From positions 34,767 to 98,766 of the forward strand of contig JAFUYJ010000023.1 in NCBI GenBank assembly GCA_017470645.1: a stretch of DNA of 64,000 nt. Reading direction: 5' to 3'. The position numbers were made by a program, and so were the translations under genes. Shown piece after piece: positions 57,683-64,000 of this stretch. Positions within the stretch are counted from its first letter, which is position 1. Every line of letters starts with the position of its first letter. The notes beneath the pieces are model-generated. The model was not told the DNA's origin. It was given only the letters and a program-made list of their open reading frames with translations, and searched no databases. The DNA is from Clostridia bacterium. GTDB lineage: Bacteria > Bacillota > Clostridia > TANB77 > CAG-508.

Positions 57683-59188
57683 ATGAGCGAAAATGAAGTA
57701 AACAACGCACAAGAACAAGAATTAGATTTAAATCAATTGATGATGGTTAGAAGAGAAAAACTTTCAGAATTACAAGAACAAGGGAAAGATCCATATCAAA
57801 TAACAAAATTTAATAGAACAAATACAGCAGGTGAAATAAAATCAAATTATGAGAAATTTGAAGAAAAAGATGTAACAGTTGCTGGTAGAATTATAGCAAA
57901 AAGAATAATGGGAAAAGCTTCTTTCTGTACAATACAAGATTGCGATGAAAGAATTCAAAGTTATGTAAGTATAAATGATTTAGGAGAAGAAAGTTACAAA
58001 GCATTTAAAACATACGATATTGGAGATTTTATTGGAATAACAGGTTTTGTGTTTAAAACAAGAACAGAAGAAATTTCTGTACATGCTAAAGAAGTAACAT
58101 TACTTTCAAAATCATTACGTCCATTACCTGAAAAATTCCATGGATTAAAAGATCCTGATTTACGTTATAGACAAAGATATGTTGATTTAATAGTAAATCC
58201 AGAAGTTAAAGATACTTTTGAAAAAAGAAGCAAAATTATAAAAGAAATTCGTAAAATATTGGATGAAAAAGGATTCTTAGAGGTTGAAACACCAATGTTA
58301 AACACAATCTTAGGTGGAGCTAATGCACGTCCATTTGTTACACATCATAATGCATTAGATATAGATATGTATCTAAGAATTGCACCAGAATTATATTTAA
58401 AAAGATTAATTGTTGGTGGATTTGATAGAGTTTATGAAATTGGTAGATTATTTAGAAACGAAGGAATGGATATAAAACATAACCCAGAGTTTACTTCTAT
58501 GGAATTATATGCATCATACATGGATTTCAATGATATGATGGATATAACAGAAGAATTATTCTCAAGATGTGCTCAGGAAGTATTAGGAACAACAAAAATA
58601 ACATACCAAGGACAAGATATAGACTTAACGCCTTCATGGAAAAGAATTACAATGGTTGACGCAATCAAAGAAGTAACAGGTATTGATTTCAATACAATTA
58701 ATTCTGATGAAGAAGCAGTAGCATTAGCTAAAGAAAGAAATATAATAATTCCAGATCCAACAAAAGAAACAAGAGGAGATGTAATTAGCTTATTCTTTGA
58801 AGAATATGTAGAAGAAACATTAATTCAACCTACATTTGTATATGAATATCCAGTTGAAATCTCACCACTTGCAAAAAGAAAAGCAGCTGATCCACGTATG
58901 ACAGAAAGATTTGAATTATTTATTGGTGGAAGAGAATATGGAAATGCATTCTCAGAATTAAATGATCCAATAGATCAATATGAAAGATTCAAAAAACAAG
59001 TTGAAGCAAGAGAAGCTGGAGATGAAGAAGCTGGAATGATGGATGAAGACTACGTTCAAGCGCTAGAATATGGTATGCCTCCAACAGGTGGATTAGGAAT
59101 AGGAATCGATAGAATGATAATGCTTCTTACAGATTCTGCATCAATTAGAGATGTACTATTATTCCCAACAATGAAACCATTAAACTAA
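57683..59188 (+). CDS. lysS: Lysyl-tRNA synthetase, class II
   Basis: [60 protein letters not shown]. Confidence 0.96.
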   Translation: MSENEVNNAQEQELDLNQLMMVRREKLSELQEQGKDPYQITKFNRTNTAGEIKSNYEKFEEKDVTVAGRIIAKRIMGKASFCTIQDCDERIQSYVSINDLGEESYKAFKTYDIGDFIGITGFVFKTRTEEISVHAKEVTLLSKSLRPLPEKFHGLKDPDLRYRQRYVDLIVNPEVKDTFEKRSKIIKEIRKILDEKGFLEVETPMLNTILGGANARPFVTHHNALDIDMYLRIAPELYLKRLIVGGFDRVYEIGRLFRNEGMDIKHNPEFTSMELYASYMDFNDMMDITEELFSRCAQEVLGTTKITYQGQDIDLTPSWKRITMVDAIKEVTGIDFNTINSDEEAVALAKERNIIIPDPTKETRGDVISLFFEEYVEETLIQPTFVYEYPVEISPLAKRKAADPRMTERFELFIGGREYGNAFSELNDPIDQYERFKKQVEAREAGDEEAGMMDEDYVQALEYGMPPTGGLGIGIDRMIMLLTDSASIRDVLLFPTMKPLN

Positions 59189-59337
59189 AAATAAATGCAT
59201 TGATAAACTTGAAAAATATGTTATAATATACAAAGTAAAATTCACTTCAGGAAAAACATGCTTCCTGAAGTGTTTAATATTAAGATAAAATGTACAAGAT
59301 TAAATTATATAATTTTGTGCAATACGAAAGGATAATT

Positions 59338-60108
59338 ATGTTTAATTTTGATAAAAGAATTTTATATATCATTTTAGGAATTTTTGTAGTGATGAACATT
59401 GCAAATAGATTAACATCAACAGATAATGTTTTAATACTATTAATAACATTACCTGCAATATTAATAGCAATAACATTTCATGAATTTGCCCATGCATTCG
59501 CAGCAGATAAATTGGGAGATAGTACACCTAGGAACCAAGGAAGATTAACATTAAATCCATTGAAACACATAGATCCTATTGGATTTGCTCTTTTAATTGT
59601 TGCCGGATTTGGATGGGGAAAACCTGTGCAAATTAATCCGAGAAATTTTAAGAGGAATATTTCAATGACAAAGGCTGAAGCAATTGTTTCAGTGGCTGGA
59701 CCTCTAATGAATTTTATATTGGCTATAATATCAACAGTGATAATGGCATGTTTATTAAAGTATAATGTATTAGCAAATGTACCATTTAGAACGATGTGGT
59801 TAATATTAGTATTTATAATGGAACTTATACTAATAAATGTTGGACTAGGATTATTCAATCTAATTCCATTGCCACCACTTGATGGTTCAAAGATTTTAAA
59901 TCATTTTTTACCATATAAAGCAAGAGAATGGTTTATAAGAAACGAATATACTATGTATATAATTTTTATGGTCATATGGGTTACTGGCTTAGCTAGCCTT
60001 ATTATTACTCCTGCTATAAAAGGAGTTACACTTGGTATTGGAATGTTAATAGGAAATATATTTGGAATAGATTTAAACGGGATTTTTGAAATATTCGGAA
60101 TATATTAA
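59338..60108 (+). CDS. M50-family site-2 protease-like membrane metalloprotease
   Basis: [14 protein letters not shown] (HExxH), [27 protein letters not shown]. Start at ATG 59338 after GAAAGGA. Confidence 0.7.
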   Translation: MFNFDKRILYIILGIFVVMNIANRLTSTDNVLILLITLPAILIAITFHEFAHAFAADKLGDSTPRNQGRLTLNPLKHIDPIGFALLIVAGFGWGKPVQINPRNFKRNISMTKAEAIVSVAGPLMNFILAIISTVIMACLLKYNVLANVPFRTMWLILVFIMELILINVGLGLFNLIPLPPLDGSKILNHFLPYKAREWFIRNEYTMYIIFMVIWVTGLASLIITPAIKGVTLGIGMLIGNIFGIDLNGIFEIFGIY

Positions 60109-60170
60109 AACTGTATAAGAAAGGAGTATATGATGTATTTGTTTTATTAAATATATCATTAAAGAAATAT

Positions 60171-61169
60171 ATGAAAGACATACTAACTTTAGGAATTGAA
60201 TCAAGTTGTGATGAAACTTCTGTATCTGTTGTAAAAAACGGTAGAGAAGTGCTTTCTAATGTTATAAATTCACAAATAAAAATACATGAGCAATATGGAG
60301 GAGTTGTGCCTGAAATAGCTTCCAGAAATCATGTTGAAGCTATATCAGAAGTAACAAAACAAGCATTAAAAGAAGCTAATGTTACATTTCAAGATATAGA
60401 TCATATTGCATGTACTTACGGCCCAGGATTAGTTGGAGCATTATTAGTGGGAGTATCATATGCGAAAGCTTTAAGTTACACATTAAATATACCACTAGTT
60501 GGAACAAATCATATTCAAGGTCATATAGCAGCAAATTATATAACACACAAAGATTTAGAACCACCTTTTTTATGCATGATAATTTCAGGTGGGCACACAC
60601 ATTTAGTACATATTAAAAGCTATGAAGAATTTGAAATACTAGGAAAAACAAGGGATGATGCAATAGGTGAAGCCTTTGACAAAGTAGCTAGAGTCGTAGG
60701 ATTAGGATACCCAGGAGGACCTAAAATAGATAAACTTGCAAAAGAAGGAACACCCAATATTGAATTGCCTAAAACACATTTTGATAATCTAGACTTTAGC
60801 TTTAGCGGTATAAAAACAGCAATAATTAATTTACATCATAAAAATCCAGATGTTAATAGAGCTGACTTATGTGCTAGTTTTGAAGCAAATGTAACTCAAA
60901 TATTGATTGATAATGTTTTGAAAGCAGCAGAACAGCTTGGAATTAATAAAATTGCATTAGCTGGCGGAGTTTCTGCAAATTCATACATAAGAGAACAATT
61001 TATGAACCTAGAAAAAACTCATGGATTTAAAATATATTATACAGATCAAATTCTATGTACAGATAATTCTGAAATTATTGCAAGTGCGTGATATTATAAA
61101 TACATTAACGGCAAGAAATATGATTTATATTTGAATGCAATACCAAATCTAAAATTAGGAGAAGAATAA
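60171..61169 (+). pseudogene. tsaD: tRNA N6-adenosine threonylcarbamoyltransferase TsaD, interrupted by an in-frame TGA at 61089-61091
   Basis: [64 protein letters not shown]. After the TGA the same frame reads YYKYINGKKYDLYLNAIPNLKLGEE-TAA, a typical TsaD C-terminus. Confidence 0.8.
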
Positions 61170-61194
61170 AAGAAATTTGAAAGGAGGATGATAT

Positions 61195-61902
61195 ATGTCA
61201 ATATATGTAATGGCGGATTTGCATTTATCTTTTAAAGTAAATAAACCAATGGATATTTTTGGTGACAATTGGGATAATCATCCTAATAAAATAAAGAAAT
61301 ATTGGACTGAAAATATTAAACCTGAAGATACAGTAATATTACCAGGTGATTTCTCTTGGGCAACATATATAGAAGATGCGAAACCAGATTTTGATTTTCT
61401 TAATGCATTACCAGGGAAAAAGATTTTATTAAAAGGAAACCATGATTATTGGTGGACAACACTAACAAAAATGAGAGAGTTCGTTCTTGATAATAATTAT
61501 GAAAATATAGACTTTTTATATAATAATGCTTATCTTGTGGAAGACAAGATAATTGTTGGAACCAGAGGTTGGGTTTTACAAGATGGTGAAGAAAATAAAA
61601 AAATGATAAATCGAGAAAATGAGAGATTAAAGCTATCATTTAAATATGGAATTCAAAATTTTGGAGAAGACAAGGAAATAATAACGTTCATGCATTATCC
61701 ACCAGTAGCTTCTAAAAATCTGTTAGGCAGTAACTTTTTAGAATTTTATAGGACTATGAAAGAATATGATGTTAAAGAGTGTTATTATGGACATTTACAT
61801 GGAAATTCACATAAGGATGCAATAGAAGGTGAGGTTGGCGGAATTACTTTCCATTTAATTAGTGCAGATTATCTAGATTTTAAACCACAAAAGATTAACT
61901 AA
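61195..61902 (+). CDS. Calcineurin-like metallophosphoesterase
   Basis: YVMADLHL, LPGDFSW, LKGNHDYWW, FMHYPP, YYGHLHG. Confidence 0.7.
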   Translation: MSIYVMADLHLSFKVNKPMDIFGDNWDNHPNKIKKYWTENIKPEDTVILPGDFSWATYIEDAKPDFDFLNALPGKKILLKGNHDYWWTTLTKMREFVLDNNYENIDFLYNNAYLVEDKIIVGTRGWVLQDGEENKKMINRENERLKLSFKYGIQNFGEDKEIITFMHYPPVASKNLLGSNFLEFYRTMKEYDVKECYYGHLHGNSHKDAIEGEVGGITFHLISADYLDFKPQKIN

Positions 61903-62016
61903 TCTTTAAAAAAGTATTGCAAAACTTGAAAAATGTGATATAATAAATAAGCTTGTTACTATTTAATTAAGTAACATAAATGAGAGCAGATATATTTGAA
62001 AGGATGTATGTGAAAA

Positions 62017-63300
62017 ATGAGTATTAAAGTAGAAAAAACAGAAAATACAAATGAATTAAAATTAACATTTAATGTACCAGCAGAAACATTTGATGCAGGA
62101 ATGAAAAAAGTTTATAGTAAAACAGCAAAATATTTCAATATACCAGGATTTAGAAAAGGTAAAGCTCCAATGGCTTTAGTTGAAAGAACATATGGATCTG
62201 AAATATTTTATGAAGATACTTTCAATGAAATAGTTCCAGAAATTTTCGAAAAAGAAATAGAAGAGAATAAATTAGAAGTTGTAAGCAAACCTGAAATTGA
62301 CATAGTTCAAATGGGTAAAGGACAAGAATTAATATTTACAGCTGTTGTACAAGTTAAACCAGAAGTAAAATTAGGAAAATATAAAGGGGTAGCTCTAAAA
62401 AAAGTTGAATACAAAGTAACTGATGAAGATATTGACCATGAATTAGAGCACATGGCTGACAAAAATTCAAGATTAATAAGTGTAGAAAATGAAGCTGTTG
62501 CTGAAAAAGATATAGCTGTTATTGATTTTGAAGGATTTGTTGATGGTGTAGCTTTTGAAGGTGGAAAAGCTGAAAATCATGAATTAGAAATTGGAAGCAA
62601 AACATTTATCCCAGGATTTGAAGATCAAATTATAGGAATGAAAGTTGATGAAGAAAAAGACATCAATGTAAAATTCCCAGATGAATATTTTTCAAAGGAA
62701 TTAGCTGGAAAAGATGCTACATTTAAAGTTAAATTACATGAAATAAAAAGAAAAGAATTACCAGCATTAGATGATGAATTTGCTAAAGATGTTAGTGAAT
62801 TTGATACTTTAGATGAATTAAAAGCAAGCATTAAAGAAAAATTAGAAACAGAAAATGCTAATAAAGAAAAATATGAAACTGAAGAGAATGCAATTAAAGC
62901 TGTTTGCGAAGCAACAGAAATCGACATTCCATCAGGAATGGTAGAAACAGAAATAGATAACATGTTAAAAGATATTGAAACAAGATTATCTTATCAGGGA
63001 TTAAATATGAAACAATATCTTCAAATGGTTGGTAAAACAGAAGAAGATATGAGAAAAGACTATGAAGAACAAGCTAAAACTTCAGTTAAGAGTAGATTAG
63101 TATTAGAAGCTATAGTTAAAGCTGAAAAATTAGAAGCATCTGAAGAAGAAATAGTTGAAAAAGTTAAAGAAATGGCTGAAAACTATGGAAGAAAAGCTGA
63201 AGATTTACAAGGTAATGAGCATTTAACAAATTACATAAAAGAAAACATGGCAGCAGAAAAAGCAATAAAATTTGTAGTTGATAATGCAAAAATAAAATAA
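62017..63300 (+). CDS. tig: Trigger factor
   Basis: IPGFRKGKAP (ribosome-binding signature), FKBP-type PPIase core (DFEGFVDGVAFEGGKAENHELEIGSKTFIPGFEDQIIGMK), and a C-terminal arm domain. Confidence 0.96.
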   Translation: MSIKVEKTENTNELKLTFNVPAETFDAGMKKVYSKTAKYFNIPGFRKGKAPMALVERTYGSEIFYEDTFNEIVPEIFEKEIEENKLEVVSKPEIDIVQMGKGQELIFTAVVQVKPEVKLGKYKGVALKKVEYKVTDEDIDHELEHMADKNSRLISVENEAVAEKDIAVIDFEGFVDGVAFEGGKAENHELEIGSKTFIPGFEDQIIGMKVDEEKDINVKFPDEYFSKELAGKDATFKVKLHEIKRKELPALDDEFAKDVSEFDTLDELKASIKEKLETENANKEKYETEENAIKAVCEATEIDIPSGMVETEIDNMLKDIETRLSYQGLNMKQYLQMVGKTEEDMRKDYEEQAKTSVKSRLVLEAIVKAEKLEASEEEIVEKVKEMAENYGRKAEDLQGNEHLTNYIKENMAAEKAIKFVVDNAKIK

Positions 63301-63313
63301 GTAATTATTTCAG

Positions 63314-63346
63314 AAAGTTAGGGATGTATAAAGTCCCTAACTTTTT
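63314..63346 (+). terminator. Rho-independent terminator of tig
   Basis: AAAGTTAGGGA-tgtataaag-TCCCTAACTTTTT. Confidence 0.8.
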
Positions 63347-63653
63347 GCGACTATAGGCATTGCAGAATTTTTAAATAATTCTAAATAAGTATTGAAAAAA
63401 AGGCAATTATAGTATAAAATGCAGTTAATAATTTAAATAACAACATTACAAATATATTCAAAAAATTAGTCACTAAAAATATTTTAAATTATAAAATATA
63501 GTGATGTTAAAAAATGGAAATATTTTAGGAGGTTGTTATATAATAAAAATATTTGTGAATAATTATAATAACAGATTTTGAATTTTAAGCAATTACCATG
63601 ATTTAAGGATTAATTTAATTGTATAATTCAAAATGATTAATAGGAGGAGAAAT

Positions 63654-64000
63654 ATGTTAGAGAGAAATAGTTTAGTTCCATACGTTGTCGAGCAAACATC
63701 AAAAGGAGAAAGATCATATGATATTTTCTCAAGATTGTTGAAAGATAGAATTATATTTTTGGGAGAGGATGTTAATCCAACTTCAGCTAGCTTAGTAATT
63801 GCACAATTGTTGTTTTTAGAATCAGAAGATCCAGACAAGGAGATTTCATTATATATTAACAGCCCAGGAGGATCTATAACAGATGGTATGGGTATTGTTG
63901 ATACAATGAATTATATTAAATGTCCTGTTACAACAATTTGTATTGGTATGGCTGCTAGTATGGGAGCAGTACTTTTAGCATCAGGTGAAAAAGGAAAACG
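63654..64000 (+). CDS. clpP: ATP-dependent Clp protease proteolytic subunit, 5-prime partial (runs off the window)
   Basis: [31 protein letters not shown]...[18 protein letters not shown]...[16 protein letters not shown] ribosome-binding site before ATG 63654. tig-clpP order is as in many bacteria. Confidence 0.93.
   Translation, partial: MLERNSLVPYVVEQTSKGERSYDIFSRLLKDRIIFLGEDVNPTSASLVIAQLLFLESEDPDKEISLYINSPGGSITDGMGIVDTMNYIKCPVTTICIGMAASMGAVLLASGEKGK

Noticed and set aside
60171-61169. Genome-wide reassignment of TGA (code 4 or code 25) as the explanation for the in-frame TGA in tsaD.
   Set aside because: TGA terminates dprA (30898-30900) and the rhodanese gene (46656-46658, immediately followed by TAG) at about their expected lengths, and it also ends yunB and the 131-aa membrane protein. 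No other conserved gene in 64 kb is interrupted by TGA.

Overview
A 64 kb chromosomal segment from a very AT-rich, endospore-forming Firmicute, most likely class Clostridia. My hand counts give about 28-32% G+C in ordinary genes. The spore-former call rests on yabG, veg, a DUF3794-LysM protein, yunB, gpr and ytxC. No rRNA, CRISPR array, integrase, transposase or prophage genes are visible. Layout: (1) 1-11.7 kb holds a Wzx/Wzy-type cell-surface glycan locus. It encodes a priming phosphoglycosyl transferase, DUF4422 and GT2 transferases, a Stealth hexose-1-phosphate transferase, Wzy, a pyruvyl transferase, Wzx, Glf and an FrhB-like Fe-S protein. (2) 11.8-15.4 kb is a small accessory-looking insert with a 985-aa KAP-type P-loop NTPase that has transmembrane helices inside the NTPase domain, plus a divergent 107-aa gene. 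This is my best candidate for an undescribed system. (3) 15.4-64 kb is mostly housekeeping and sporulation: rplM-rpsI, nth, dxs, folD, dprA, PBP1A, ftsH, T-box-ileS, queA-tgt, a SecD/SecF-like pair, an FtsX/ABC pair, rbgA, mrnC, tRNA-Glu, gpr, recN, lysS, tsaD, tig and clpP. Several oddities interrupt this part. They are a self-membrane-tethered ECF sigma factor with a vWA partner; a visibly GC-enriched ThyX-like gene divergent from a PRTase-like gene; and a 213-bp element with perfect 41-bp inverted arms between gpr and recN. There are also two related families of long palindromic intergenic repeats, a perfect LexA-box-like palindrome inside the folD promoter, a frameshifted yunB and a tsaD interrupted by an in-frame TGA. 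All functional calls come from motif recognition in the supplied translations. No database search was run.
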